From positions 1,896-65,895 of the forward strand of contig JAHJAM010000023.1 in NCBI GenBank assembly GCA_018814025.1: a stretch of DNA of 64,000 nucleotides, in the 5' to 3' direction. Positions 1 through 10,356 of this stretch are shown in pieces. Position numbers and translations under genes: made by a program. The stretch's first letter is position 1; each line of letters starts with the position of its first letter. The stretch is from Patescibacteria group bacterium. GTDB taxonomy: Bacteria > Patescibacteriota > Patescibacteriia > UBA9934 > GWF2-40-263. The notes below the pieces were generated by a model, which had not been told where the DNA came from, ran no database searches, and was given only the letters and a program-made list of their open reading frames with translations.

Positions 1-47
1 AAACTTTCCTAAACTTATCGGCCGGACTGCGCTATAATGTTGACACT

Positions 48-329
48 ATGCCGGTTCCGAATCTCACCCTTCCCTTGACCGCGTTCTTAATCCTTTACGG
101 GATTTTTATTTGTATTTACGCGCTCTACACTTTTTTCAACGCTTACCATCTGATCAAATTCGGTTTAATCGGCCGCACCACTCGCTCCATTATTGTGGTC
201 CAGGCCGGGCTTTCATTAATCCTGCTGATCGTCTCGCTTTTTCTCGTCACTTATCAAGATTGGACCGTCACTTGGAATTTGACGGAAATATTTCAGCGTG
301 ACGCCGAACAAATCTTCCCCGCTTTATGA
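48..329 (+). CDS. Small membrane protein, 2 TM
   Basis: 93-aa ORF with two hydrophobic stretches; TATAAT 9 nt before ATG; stop overlaps next start (ATGA). Confidence 0.75.
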   Translation: MPVPNLTLPLTAFLILYGIFICIYALYTFFNAYHLIKFGLIGRTTRSIIVVQAGLSLILLIVSLFLVTYQDWTVTWNLTEIFQRDAEQIFPAL

Positions 330-865
330 TGGATTTAAAAAAACTTCCCAACCGGCAAAAGCATGAAAAGGTGGTTTTATTTCTGCGCCGTCATTGGTTT
401 GCGCCCCTGACCATCGCCTTGACTTTCATTCTGCTGATCGTGGTGCCCGCTGGCTTAGTCGGATATTTTGCGGACAAACAGCATTGGTTTTCTCACCCCA
501 CGCTCGGACCGCTCTTGGTTTTAGCCGGCAGCATGTACTTCATGGCCGTTTGGCTGATCGCCAGCATTGAATTTACCGACTATTACTTGGATACCTGGAT
601 TGTCACCAACGAACGCATCATCAACATTGAACAAATCGGCTTATTTCATCGTCACGCTTCTGAAATGCATCTGGCCAGCATCCAAGACATCACCTCGGAT
701 GCCGAAGGTTTTCTGCACACCATGTTCAATTACGGCCAAGTCAACATTCAAACCGCAGCTGAAGAAAAAAGATTTAATTTCAAAGACGTGCCTTTCCCGG
801 ATCAAGTGAAAGATACAATTCTCAAACTGGTGGAAGAGGACAAAAAACGCCACGGTCAAAAATAA
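326..865 (+). CDS. Membrane-anchored bacterial PH-domain (bPH_2-like) protein
   Basis: Two TM segments then WIVTNERIINIEQ..IQDI..FNYGQVNIQTA, typical of bPH_2 proteins. Confidence 0.8.
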   Translation: MMDLKKLPNRQKHEKVVLFLRRHWFAPLTIALTFILLIVVPAGLVGYFADKQHWFSHPTLGPLLVLAGSMYFMAVWLIASIEFTDYYLDTWIVTNERIINIEQIGLFHRHASEMHLASIQDITSDAEGFLHTMFNYGQVNIQTAAEEKRFNFKDVPFPDQVKDTILKLVEEDKKRHGQK

Positions 866-870
866 ACAAT

Positions 871-902
871 AAAAAATCCCCCGGTTCAGCCGAGGGATTT
901 TT
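871..902. terminator. Bidirectional intrinsic terminator
   Basis: GC stem with A-tract before and T-tract after, between convergent genes. Confidence 0.75.
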
Positions 903-909
903 GATTCGA

Positions 910-1458
910 TTAATCCGTATATGTTTGAATGTGTTTGGCCTCCATCATCAGCCGTTGCAAATCATCCATAAAGGGCCCGTAAACCGCGGTCGTTCTTTCC
1001 GCTGTTTCGATCAAATAAAAAGGCTGTTCGCCTTCTATCCCCGACCAATTCGGGCGGGCATAAACTTCGATGGTTGACCTGCCAGCCTTGCCGTCGCCTT
1101 CCGGTGGGCAATCGTTGTTCATTTCGATGCTCTGAATCAATTGAAAACCCGCAGGTGCCCCGTTGAATTTTGTGGTGGATTCATGATCCCGTCGTCGCGC
1201 CAAATAGTTCACAAACGTTTCCTTCTCCACGTAGTGCACTTCAGTCAGCACCTCTTTGCTTGGTTCGGAAAAAATTTTATCTTTAATGCCGATGGTTAAT
1301 CGATTTTGCTCGGCCACGACCTTCTCTAGAGTATTCACCTGCATCACTAAAAATATCAAAAAGAAAATCACCCCGATACTCCCCATTACCCCCATCAAAT
1401 CCCAAACTTGAGTGTGAGTTTTCTTCGGCGCTTGCGTCACTTGTGGAAACTCCTCCAT
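910..1458 (-). CDS. Hypothetical single-pass membrane protein
   Basis: 182-aa ORF, one N-terminal TM, 10 nt downstream of the SpoIID-domain gene. Confidence 0.7.
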   Translation of the reverse strand: MEEFPQVTQAPKKTHTQVWDLMGVMGSIGVIFFLIFLVMQVNTLEKVVAEQNRLTIGIKDKIFSEPSKEVLTEVHYVEKETFVNYLARRRDHESTTKFNGAPAGFQLIQSIEMNNDCPPEGDGKAGRSTIEVYARPNWSGIEGEQPFYLIETAERTTAVYGPFMDDLQRLMMEAKHIQTYTD

Positions 1459-1468
1459 AAATTTTTGC

Positions 1469-3355
1469 TTACTTCCAATATCTTTCTAACTCGATGCCTT
1501 GATAAAAATATTTGAGAATGTCTTCGTACAAATCCCCGTTATTGGCCATGCACAAAGCCTCGGTCGCGGACATGCCCACGCCATGGCCCCAGAGCGCGTA
1601 CCCCTTGCTCTTGTCGCACGGGCAAGCTACTGATTTTAACCAATCAACCTGGCCGTTCCAGACTTCGCTCCAGTCCCGGGTTCGTCCATCGGTTCTTGAA
1701 AAATAAGGCGTCAAAGCCAACTCGCCGTTATAAGTGACAATTTGACCCCGCGATTCATCTACGGACTGCACAATGCGCGGACTGCGCGCTTCTTGGCCAT
1801 AGCCGCGATACACCTGGTCGTCCGCGTAGGCGGTCACGTGGAAAAACTCTTTGGCTCGCTTGGTATTTCTCTGCCAATGGTAAGTGGCGTAAGTCCGAGC
1901 CGCCGTCACCAAGGCTTTTTGATACTCCAGGTGCGAAATATTCGAGGTCTCGCCCAAGCCCTTCAAATAATAATCCATGGGCAACTCGTTAATGAGCCAA
2001 GTTCGATCTTTGTAATCATTGTAATGCAGTTCCAAAACATTGCGGAAAGTATTATCCGCGTGCGTGTAGTCCCGCGTGACTCGGCGGTCGAAATTCTCCA
2101 CCGTGCAAACTGCGTTTGGCACTTTAGGCACAAACCGCAACGCATAAGTTGATTGTTCCAAGCCTTGGCCGCGATCAAAATGGTATCGGCCATTCTTGTA
2201 AAAAGCCGAGACCGATTTTCCCGCCGGCAATTCGCCGAGCAGCGCGTTGTTGATGTCCCGCAATTCCCAATCCGTGGCGCAGCTGATGTCCACTTCCCAG
2301 TCCGTTTCCTCATCCACAATCAGCACTCCGACGCGCAGCATCAAAGGCGCGTCATATTTATAACTGGCTTGGACATTCGGTTCCGCGCCCGGCCGAGTCG
2401 GCGCCTTGATCACTTCAGGTGCGTTTGAAGTTACTTCCACCGGAATATCAATATAAAAATCCGGCACCTTCACGTCATCCACGGCTAATTGATAGCGGAC
2501 CACGTGCGCGCCTTGTGTCCGCGGCGCGGAAAAAGTGAAATCGATAAAATCCAAAGCGCCGGGTGCCACTGTGCCATTGTCATTGACCGCCAACTGCGTG
2601 GCTGACGACCAAGAAGTGTGATAAGTGTCCGCTTCAGACGAAGCTAAAGAAATATCCGGCAAGCGAATTTGTCTTTTTCCCCAAGTTTTGGTTCCGGTAT
2701 TTTTAATTCCGACTCGAAATGACACTGCTTCCCCGCCTCGCGCGGTCACGGTCTTGGCGCTGCGCAGCAAAAGCATGGCGGATAAACCCTCCGTGGCCGG
2801 ATCAGCGATTGCTTCCGGCGCCGGTTCAACTGTGGCCGTCGGGGTTGGCGTTTCTGCTTCAGCCACTACTTCAATCACCACCGCAAACTGGCCGCCCGGA
2901 ATCCAAGCCGTGTTTTCCGCTGCCAGCCAAAACACTTCCCGATAAACGCCGGTTTTCTCTGGAGCATCGAAAGTAAAATAAATGTGGCCCTTGCCGCCCG
3001 GCGCCACTCGCTCTTCTTCCAATCGCGCCGGCTGATCCGAACCATACCAAGATTCATCTTCAAAAATACTGGTTCGATATTTTGGTTCGTAGGTATAAAT
3101 TGACACGAATTCTGATCCGCCTCGCGTCCAGGCTTTGGCTCCGGTATTTTGAAACTCAACCATGAATCGAATATCTTGGCCGGCTTGCACCCGAATCGTT
3201 CCATTGCCGGTCGCGCCCGTCTGCACGCTTTCATAGCCGTGAAGCAGCGCCGCTTGGGCTTGATTGATGCCCAAAAACGAAAAGATAATAAACGCGGCCA
3301 GCATGCCGACCATTGTTTTTGAAATGGATAATTTACGAAAAAATGAGATATTCAT
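1469..3355 (-). CDS. Secreted SpoIID/LytB-domain protein with two N-terminal Ig-like (NBR1-like) domains
   Basis: Signal peptide; repeated F/I-x-NTG-x3-W Ig motifs; INELPMDYYLKGLGE, AARTYA, DQVYRG, GHGVGMS, ILKYFYQG SpoIID motifs. Confidence 0.85.
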   Translation of the reverse strand: MNISFFRKLSISKTMVGMLAAFIIFSFLGINQAQAALLHGYESVQTGATGNGTIRVQAGQDIRFMVEFQNTGAKAWTRGGSEFVSIYTYEPKYRTSIFEDESWYGSDQPARLEEERVAPGGKGHIYFTFDAPEKTGVYREVFWLAAENTAWIPGGQFAVVIEVVAEAETPTPTATVEPAPEAIADPATEGLSAMLLLRSAKTVTARGGEAVSFRVGIKNTGTKTWGKRQIRLPDISLASSEADTYHTSWSSATQLAVNDNGTVAPGALDFIDFTFSAPRTQGAHVVRYQLAVDDVKVPDFYIDIPVEVTSNAPEVIKAPTRPGAEPNVQASYKYDAPLMLRVGVLIVDEETDWEVDISCATDWELRDINNALLGELPAGKSVSAFYKNGRYHFDRGQGLEQSTYALRFVPKVPNAVCTVENFDRRVTRDYTHADNTFRNVLELHYNDYKDRTWLINELPMDYYLKGLGETSNISHLEYQKALVTAARTYATYHWQRNTKRAKEFFHVTAYADDQVYRGYGQEARSPRIVQSVDESRGQIVTYNGELALTPYFSRTDGRTRDWSEVWNGQVDWLKSVACPCDKSKGYALWGHGVGMSATEALCMANNGDLYEDILKYFYQGIELERYWK

Positions 3356-3484
3356 GTTGATCTTGAATGTTCACTGCCTAAGCGTGATTTATTTTTGTTT
3401 GTTCCCCTATTTTACCTTTCTTGCTACTTAGGGTCAATCCAATTACTATCATCTTGAAAGTCCGTCGTGATACACTATTTCCAT

Positions 3485-4906
3485 ATGACTTCCGCGGCCA
3501 AATTTTCCCAAAACATGACCATCCAAATCGCGGGTAAAATCGCGGCCGTTTTTGTCGGCTTGGGCATCATGGCCATCCTCACCCGCTCGCTTGGCCCCGA
3601 AGGTTTTGGCGAATACACCACGGCCGTCACCTTTCTGCAGTTATTTGGCGTAATCGTTGATTTCGGCTTAACTCTCACCTTGTTGGTCATGATTTCCGAA
3701 GTCGGCGCTGATCAAAATAAAATTACTAGTAACATTTTAACCCTGCGTCTTTTCTCCGGCTTGATTCTCTTCGCCTTGGCTCCTTTGGCCGTCCTGCCGT
3801 TTGCTTGGTCCGCCAACGTTAAGCTCGGCGTGGCCGTGGGCGCGGCCGCTTTCCTCTTTATGTCCGGCGCCACCATGCTGGTCGGCGTGTTCCAGCGCCA
3901 TGCTTGCCTGTGGCGGTCAGCCTTGGCGGAAATGTTGAACCGTTTTATCCTGATCGCTTTAGTGGCCTTGCTGGCTTACCTTAATTTGGGCGTGGTCTGG
4001 ATGATCGGCGCCATGATTGTCGCCAACCTTGCCTGGCTGGTTTCCATGATCTATTTCGCCCGGCCTTTCATCGCCATCCGGCCCCGATTTGATTGGCCGC
4101 TTTGGAAAAAAGTTATCTCCCGCTCCTGGCCCATCGCCGTTTCGATCATCTTCAACCTGCTTTACCTCAAGGGCGATATTCTTTTCCTGGCTTATTTCCG
4201 CGACGCCGCCGAAGTCGGTCTCTACGGCGCCGCCTACAAAATCATCGATGTCTTGACCGCCTTGCCGGTCATGTTCATGGGGCTTTTGCTCCCCATCTTG
4301 GTCAGCAGTTGGAGCGCCAATGATCGACCGGAATTCAAAAAACGTTTGGCCAGAACTTTTGACATCTTTATGATCAGCGCCATTCCGATTGTCATCGGCA
4401 CTCAAGCCGTGGCCGAGCCTCTGGCCCTCTTGTTTGCCGGCCCCGGCTTTGCCGCCACCGGCTCGGTTTTGCGCTGGCTGATTATTTCCATCATCGGGGT
4501 GTTCTTGGGCGCGCTTTACGGCCATACCGTTGTCGCTTTAAACAAACAAAAGCAAATGATCTGGGGCTATGTGGCCGTGGCCGTGCTTTCGATCATCGGC
4601 TATCTCTGGCTCATACCTTTATATGGGATGTACGGCGCCGCCTATGTCACGATTTTTTCCGAACTGCTCATCGCCTTGATTACTTTCTTGATGGTCTGGC
4701 GCGTTTCCCAAGCCCTACCCAGCTTATTAGTCACTCTGAAAGCCCTGGTTTCCGCGGCCATCATGTTTGGGGTGATCCAATCTCTGCCCAGCCTGCCGGT
4801 TCTGCTGACTGTCCTGATTGGCGCTTTGGTTTATCTGGGTTTGATGATCTTCTTGCGCGGCCTCAACCCCAAAGAACTCAAACTTCTGATCGCTGACCAA
4901 TCATAA
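3485..4906 (+). CDS. Polysaccharide flippase (Wzx/MOP family)
   Basis: Many TM helices; ILTRSLGPEGFGEY, DFGL, VGLYGAAYK, LIPLYGMYGAA motifs; ATG at 3485 follows a -10-like TACACT. Confidence 0.9.
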   Translation: MTSAAKFSQNMTIQIAGKIAAVFVGLGIMAILTRSLGPEGFGEYTTAVTFLQLFGVIVDFGLTLTLLVMISEVGADQNKITSNILTLRLFSGLILFALAPLAVLPFAWSANVKLGVAVGAAAFLFMSGATMLVGVFQRHACLWRSALAEMLNRFILIALVALLAYLNLGVVWMIGAMIVANLAWLVSMIYFARPFIAIRPRFDWPLWKKVISRSWPIAVSIIFNLLYLKGDILFLAYFRDAAEVGLYGAAYKIIDVLTALPVMFMGLLLPILVSSWSANDRPEFKKRLARTFDIFMISAIPIVIGTQAVAEPLALLFAGPGFAATGSVLRWLIISIIGVFLGALYGHTVVALNKQKQMIWGYVAVAVLSIIGYLWLIPLYGMYGAAYVTIFSELLIALITFLMVWRVSQALPSLLVTLKALVSAAIMFGVIQSLPSLPVLLTVLIGALVYLGLMIFLRGLNPKELKLLIADQS

Positions 4907-4907
4907 T

Positions 4908-6212
4908 ATGTTCCCGATCTTAATTGTCGCCGCTCTCCTGCTCTTTACCGGCTTGGCCTGGCGTGATTTGCGCCTGGGTCTTTTTCTCATCGCCGCCGCC
5001 CTGCCCAGCTACCTCATCCGTTTTTCCCTTCAAGGCTTCCCCACCACTCTTTTGGAAGTGCTTATCATTATCCTTATTATTATCTGGCTCATCAAAAGAC
5101 CGTTTTCAATCCGATCGGACCAAATTCGGTCATGGTTGATACCCATCGCTCTGCTCATCATCGCCGCCACTCTTGGCATCTTTGTTTCCCCGGATAAAAT
5201 GGCCGCCTTAGGCGTCTGGAAAGCCTACTTCATCGAACCGCTCATTATTTTTTTCATCGCGCTTGATCTGCTCAAAGAAAAGTCAGACCAAGCCAAACTC
5301 ATGAATTACCTAGGTATTGGGGCTTTGTTCATCGCGTTCTTTGCCATTTGGCAAAAATTCACACTCTGGGGCATTCCCGCTCCCTGGAATATTGAAGGCC
5401 GGGTCGTGAGCATCTTCCCCTATCCCAACGCCGTGGGTTTATATCTTGGTCCGATTATTGCCTTGGGCTTCTTCTCTCTCATTTCCAACATGCAAAATAT
5501 CACCAGGCAAAGCCTGGTCCGGCTCCGCCGGATTTCCCGCCCGCGTCAATTTATTTCCAACCCATTTAACATTTTCTGGCTTGCGACCATTACCCTTTCC
5601 TCTCTCGCCATCGTCTTCGCCCAAACCGAAGCCGCCTATTTTGCCCTGCCCGCGGCCGTGGTGCTGATCCTGATCTTCTTCACCAAGTATCAAAAACCCG
5701 CGATTGTCATCGCGCTGATTATCATCGCCCTGCTCGCGATTATTCCCCCGGCCCGCCACGCCGTTTGGCAAAAAATTTCCCTGCAAGATTATTCCGGCAC
5801 GGTTCGTTTAGCCCAATGGCAGGAAACTTGGCATCTGCTTAAAGATCAACCTTTGTTTGGCGCCGGCTTGGCCGGCTATCCCACCGCGCTCGCGCCCTAT
5901 CACGCCCGGACCGATCTGGAAATTTTCCAATACCCGCACAATCTCATCCTTAATACCTGGACCGAACTCGGCCTGCTGGGTTTACTGGCCAGTCTGATCT
6001 TCATCTGGCTCTTGGGTCACCGTCTTTTTATTCCAACCTCGGCTCAGCGCTCCTGGCTTACCCTGGCCGCCGCCGCCGCTTTATTGGAAATGATCATTCA
6101 CGGCCTGGTTGATGTCCCGTATTTCAAAAATGATCTGGCGGTTTTAACCTGGCTGATTATCGCCCTCGTGCTATTATCAACCAAACCCCGATCCCCCAAG
6201 CTCAACCTCTAA
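4908..6212 (+). CDS. O-antigen ligase/Wzy_C family membrane protein
   Basis: Polytopic; R-x3-W, PLFGAG and YPHNLIL..WTELGLLGL motifs. Confidence 0.85.
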   Translation: MFPILIVAALLLFTGLAWRDLRLGLFLIAAALPSYLIRFSLQGFPTTLLEVLIIILIIIWLIKRPFSIRSDQIRSWLIPIALLIIAATLGIFVSPDKMAALGVWKAYFIEPLIIFFIALDLLKEKSDQAKLMNYLGIGALFIAFFAIWQKFTLWGIPAPWNIEGRVVSIFPYPNAVGLYLGPIIALGFFSLISNMQNITRQSLVRLRRISRPRQFISNPFNIFWLATITLSSLAIVFAQTEAAYFALPAAVVLILIFFTKYQKPAIVIALIIIALLAIIPPARHAVWQKISLQDYSGTVRLAQWQETWHLLKDQPLFGAGLAGYPTALAPYHARTDLEIFQYPHNLILNTWTELGLLGLLASLIFIWLLGHRLFIPTSAQRSWLTLAAAAALLEMIIHGLVDVPYFKNDLAVLTWLIIALVLLSTKPRSPKLNL

Positions 6213-6218
6213 TCCCTT

Positions 6219-6905
6219 ATGCTCGACCGCCTAATTTTTCGCCACCAAAACAAACGCGAACGGCAAGCCTCCTGCTTGCTGGTGGTTATTGGTCTGATTA
6301 TTATCTCGGTTTTCTTGATTCAAATTACTGATTTTAAAATCAAACCGCCCACGGCCCCGCTTTTGCCTCCTTCTTCATCCCTGGTTCAAGCCTCCGATTT
6401 GGCTCAAGCCCAAAATCAAACCGACACCCGAATCTTCATCCCCGAAGAACTTTTTGGCTCAACCCTTCACACCATCGGCATTTATCATCAGGCCGTCGGC
6501 AACCTGCCCGCTGAATCAGTGGTTGTGGTTTTGAAAAAAGATGATTGGCGATTCGCGGAAATCACCCAAAGACCCGGACGCAGCCTGGCCCAAGAATTAA
6601 CCGAACAGACCAGATTTTCCCAAACCCCGATTCAACTCGGCCCCCTGGCCGGCGTGCTAATTGAGACTGATCCGGATTTTGAGCACTGCCTTGACCCGCA
6701 AGCTGACGGCACACCCGGTTTTTGCCTGCTCACCCACAAAATTATTTTTGAAATGGCGGGACAGCTCTTCACCGTGGCCGGTTCTGAACCTTCCATCACC
6801 CCCGGCGAACTGATTAGCCTGTCCCGTTCGATTGTTGCACAAGGATCCCCGCCAATTGACGCCGATGATTCTCCGCCGACCATTGACGAAACGATTTTGG
6901 AATGA
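6219..6905 (+). CDS. Hypothetical membrane-anchored protein
   Basis: 228 aa, N-terminal TM, operonic spacing. Confidence 0.7.
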   Translation: MLDRLIFRHQNKRERQASCLLVVIGLIIISVFLIQITDFKIKPPTAPLLPPSSSLVQASDLAQAQNQTDTRIFIPEELFGSTLHTIGIYHQAVGNLPAESVVVVLKKDDWRFAEITQRPGRSLAQELTEQTRFSQTPIQLGPLAGVLIETDPDFEHCLDPQADGTPGFCLLTHKIIFEMAGQLFTVAGSEPSITPGELISLSRSIVAQGSPPIDADDSPPTIDETILE

Positions 6906-6945
6906 TAGCCTGACTCCTCACTGCTTAATCTTTTTACCCAATTAC

Positions 6946-7035
<90 letters not shown>

Positions 7036-7156
7036 ACCAAAAAGTCCCGGCCAACGGTCGGGGCTTTTTGGTTTCCTCATTCTCTTCATTGCCGGGAACA
7101 TCCACTTGGCCTACAGTATATCTTAAGCTCTTCCATCTTATTTATCTTTATTATAT

Positions 7157-7978
7157 ATGAAGAAAAAACTTTTCACTTTAGCCGCCATTATCGTGGCGAT
7201 ATTTGCCCTTTACCTCATCCTTCCGGTTTCCCCGTTGCACGCGCCCGCGCCTGAAACTCCTGAGGATAATCTGGTTCGCCTTAATGATTTCCAGCCCGGT
7301 CAACTAATTGAGAGCCCCTTCGCCTTAACTGGCCAAGCCCGCGGTACTTGGTTTTTTGAAGACAGTTTTCCAGTCGAACTTCTGGATGACCAAGGCCGCG
7401 TCCTGGTCCAAACTCCGGCCCAAGCCCAAGCCGATTGGATGACCGAAGACTTTGTGCCTTTTTCCGTCACCCTAGATTTTATCCCCGCCTCCGCCACCGG
7501 CACCCTGGTCCTGAAAAAAGACAATCCTTCCGGCTTGCCGGAAAATGATGACGAGCGCCGCTTCCCAGTCAAGTTTAAAACGGCTGAAACCCAAACCGTG
7601 CAAGTCTATTTTGGCAATGACCAAACCGACCCCGGCATCATGCATTGTGAACGAACCTATCCCGCGGTCCGCGCCATCGCTCAAACCCCGGCCGTGGCCC
7701 GCGCCGCTCTTGAGGAACTGCTCAAGGGGCCGACCGCAAGCGAACAAGCCCAAGGCTTTCTGACTTCCTTGCCCGCGGGCGTAGCGATTCAGAGTCTCAC
7801 CATTGAAAATCGCGTGGCTCGGGTTGATTTTAATGAAGCCCTGGAATTCCAAGTCGGCGGCTCCTGCCGCGTGGCCGCCATCGTGTCGCAAATCACCAAT
7901 ACCTTGTTGCAGTTTTCCACCGTGGACTCGGTCGTCATCTCCATCAACGGCCGCACCCAAGACATTCTTCAACCCTGA
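7157..7978 (+). CDS. Gmad2 Ig-like + GerMN domain exported protein
   Basis: TGQARGTWFFE.SFPV and LKKDNPSGLPE (Gmad2); ALEELLKGPT, GGSCRV, TLLQFSTV (GerMN). Confidence 0.85.
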   Translation: MKKKLFTLAAIIVAIFALYLILPVSPLHAPAPETPEDNLVRLNDFQPGQLIESPFALTGQARGTWFFEDSFPVELLDDQGRVLVQTPAQAQADWMTEDFVPFSVTLDFIPASATGTLVLKKDNPSGLPENDDERRFPVKFKTAETQTVQVYFGNDQTDPGIMHCERTYPAVRAIAQTPAVARAALEELLKGPTASEQAQGFLTSLPAGVAIQSLTIENRVARVDFNEALEFQVGGSCRVAAIVSQITNTLLQFSTVDSVVISINGRTQDILQP

Positions 7979-8072
7979 TTTCCATCCCCACCGCCCGGCA
8001 AACCCGGGCGGTTTTTCATTTCCAAAAATCAATTTTTTCCGCTATAATATCCTCAATAAAAACCTTCAGCTT

Positions 8073-8939
8073 ATGAGCCAAATTCGCAAAGCCATTATCC
8101 CGGTCGGCGGCATGGGCACTCGCTTCCTGCCCGCTTCCAAAGCCCAGCCCAAAGAAATGCTGCCTGTAGTTGATAAACCGGTTATTCAATATATCGTTGA
8201 AGAGGCGGTCAAAAGCGGCATTGAAGAAATCGTTTTCGTCACGGCCATTGGCAAGCGCGCCATTGAAGATCACTTCGACCGCAACTTCGAACTTGAATAC
8301 CGCCTTGAGCAAAAAAAGAAAGTCAAAGAGCTCAAGGAAGTTTCCGCCATTGGCCGGCTGGCCAAATTCGCTTTCGTTCGCCAGCACAAGCCCATGGGCG
8401 ATGGTCATGCGGTTTTATCTGCTCTGCCGTTTGTTGATGCCCACGAACCCGTGGCCATTCTCTTTGGCGATGATATCATCGATGCCAAAATCCCGGCCCT
8501 CAAACAGCTCATGCAGGTTTACGACAAATATCAGGATCCGGTCATTGCTTTGCAGGCCGTGCCCAAAAACGAAGTTTCCAAATACGGCGTCATCGGCGGT
8601 CATCAGGTTACGGACAAAATTTGGGAAATCAATCAATTTATCGAAAAACCCTCCCCGGCCAAAGCCCCGTCCAACTTGGCCGTGGTCGGCCGCTACATCA
8701 TCACCCCGGAAATTTTTAATATTCTGCAAAAACAAAAACCCGGCCCGGATGGCGAAATTCGTTTAGCCGATGCTTTTGCCGCTTACCTCAAACAAAAGCG
8801 CGCCCTTTACGGCCGAATTTTTGATGGCACGCGCTATGACTGCGGCAACAAGCTCGGTTTTCTGCGCGCCCAAATCGAACTAGGCAAAAAGCACCCGGAA
8901 ATCGGCAAAGAATTTAAAAAATATCTCAAAACGATTTAA
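8073..8939 (+). CDS. galU: UTP--glucose-1-phosphate uridylyltransferase
   Basis: KAIIPVGGMGTRFLPASKAQPKEMLPVVDKP, GEIRLADA, RYDCGNK. Confidence 0.95.
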   Translation: MSQIRKAIIPVGGMGTRFLPASKAQPKEMLPVVDKPVIQYIVEEAVKSGIEEIVFVTAIGKRAIEDHFDRNFELEYRLEQKKKVKELKEVSAIGRLAKFAFVRQHKPMGDGHAVLSALPFVDAHEPVAILFGDDIIDAKIPALKQLMQVYDKYQDPVIALQAVPKNEVSKYGVIGGHQVTDKIWEINQFIEKPSPAKAPSNLAVVGRYIITPEIFNILQKQKPGPDGEIRLADAFAAYLKQKRALYGRIFDGTRYDCGNKLGFLRAQIELGKKHPEIGKEFKKYLKTI

Positions 8940-8976
8940 CCCTTTGACCCTACCTACTTTTACCCTACCTACCCTT

Positions 8977-10356
8977 ATGTTTCGAAAAACCCTCCCCATC
9001 TTCCTCCTGCTCACTTTCCTCTTCACCACCGGCCAAGGCTGCGGCGGTCCTTCGGTGGCCGAGCAAGCGGCCGCTCAGCCCGTCACTTTAACTATCTGGC
9101 GAGTTTTTGATGAAGACGACACCATGAAGGACATCATGAATGCCTACCGAACCCTTCACCCCAATGTTTCTTTTGAATATCGCCAAATGCGGGTTGATGA
9201 ATACAAAAACGAACTTTTGCGCGCTTTTGCCGAAGGCACGGGCCCGGATATCTTTTCCATCCATAACACCTGGATGAATGAATTCAAAAGTTTGATCGGT
9301 CCCTTGCCCGCCTCGCTGACCATTCCCTACATCGAAATCAAAGGCACTATTAAACAAGAAAAAATTATCACTTTGCGCGAAGAGCCTTCGATTACTCCGG
9401 CTCAAGTTCGCCGCGATTTCGTGGATGTGGTGGCTCAAGACGCGGTCATGCGCTATCAGCCCAATCCCAAAGACGTGCCGCAAGAACGAATTTTTGGCCT
9501 GCCCATGTCCGTGGACACCTTGGCCATGTTCTATAACAAAGATTTATTAAACGCGGCCGGGATTGCGCAGCCCCCGACCAACTGGGCCGAATTTCAAGCG
9601 GCCGTCGTCGCTCTCACCAGTATTGGCACGGATGATTTAATTATTCAATCCGGCGCCGCCTTGGGCGGCAGTGCGAACGTGGAACGAGCTTTTGATATCG
9701 TTTCTTTGCTCATGATGCAAAACGGCACGCCCATGATTGATGATCGCGGCAATTGCACCATTGGCTGGAATGATCGAGATAAACAAACCGTGCCCGGCGC
9801 GGACGCAGTCCGCTTTTACACTGATTTCGCCAACCCGCTCAAAGAGGTCTATGCCTGGAATGCCAGCCAGCCCAACTCCTTTGATGCTTTCACTTCCGGC
9901 AAAACCGCTTTCTTCTTCGGTTATTCTTACCACCTGCCTCAAGTCCGCTCGCGCGCCCCGAAACTCAATTTTGCCGTGGCCCCCACCCCGCAAATCAGCG
10001 GCGGCCACACCGTCAATTACGCCAACTATTGGGTGGAAACCGTTTCCAAAGCCACCAAAGCCAACAATTGGGCCTGGGATTTTGTCCAATTCGCCACCAA
10101 GGCCAACCAAGTTCAAAGCTATCTGAAAATCGCCAACCGGCCCACGGCTCGCCGCGATTTAATCAACAGCCAAATCGATGATGAAGATTTAAATCCCTTC
10201 GTCAGCCAATTGCTCACGGCTCAAAGCTGGTACCGCGGCCAAGACATTGAAGTGGCCGAACAAGCTTTCCTGGATTTAATCGATGCGGCTTTAGCTGGAA
10301 AAATTATCGAAGATGAAATTGATCTGACCCAAAGCAAAATCAACCAAACTCTATGA
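8977..10356 (+). CDS. Extracellular solute-binding (family 1, sugar-type) lipoprotein
   Basis: Lipobox-like TGQGC; GPDIF, GLPMSVDTLAMFYNKDLL..AGI..PP.NW.E motifs. Confidence 0.85.
   Translation: MFRKTLPIFLLLTFLFTTGQGCGGPSVAEQAAAQPVTLTIWRVFDEDDTMKDIMNAYRTLHPNVSFEYRQMRVDEYKNELLRAFAEGTGPDIFSIHNTWMNEFKSLIGPLPASLTIPYIEIKGTIKQEKIITLREEPSITPAQVRRDFVDVVAQDAVMRYQPNPKDVPQERIFGLPMSVDTLAMFYNKDLLNAAGIAQPPTNWAEFQAAVVALTSIGTDDLIIQSGAALGGSANVERAFDIVSLLMMQNGTPMIDDRGNCTIGWNDRDKQTVPGADAVRFYTDFANPLKEVYAWNASQPNSFDAFTSGKTAFFFGYSYHLPQVRSRAPKLNFAVAPTPQISGGHTVNYANYWVETVSKATKANNWAWDFVQFATKANQVQSYLKIANRPTARRDLINSQIDDEDLNPFVSQLLTAQSWYRGQDIEVAEQAFLDLIDAALAGKIIEDEIDLTQSKINQTL

Noticed and set aside
8947-8976. CCCTACCTA short repeat before the SBP gene
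   Set aside because: Only about two copies; too short to argue for phase variation
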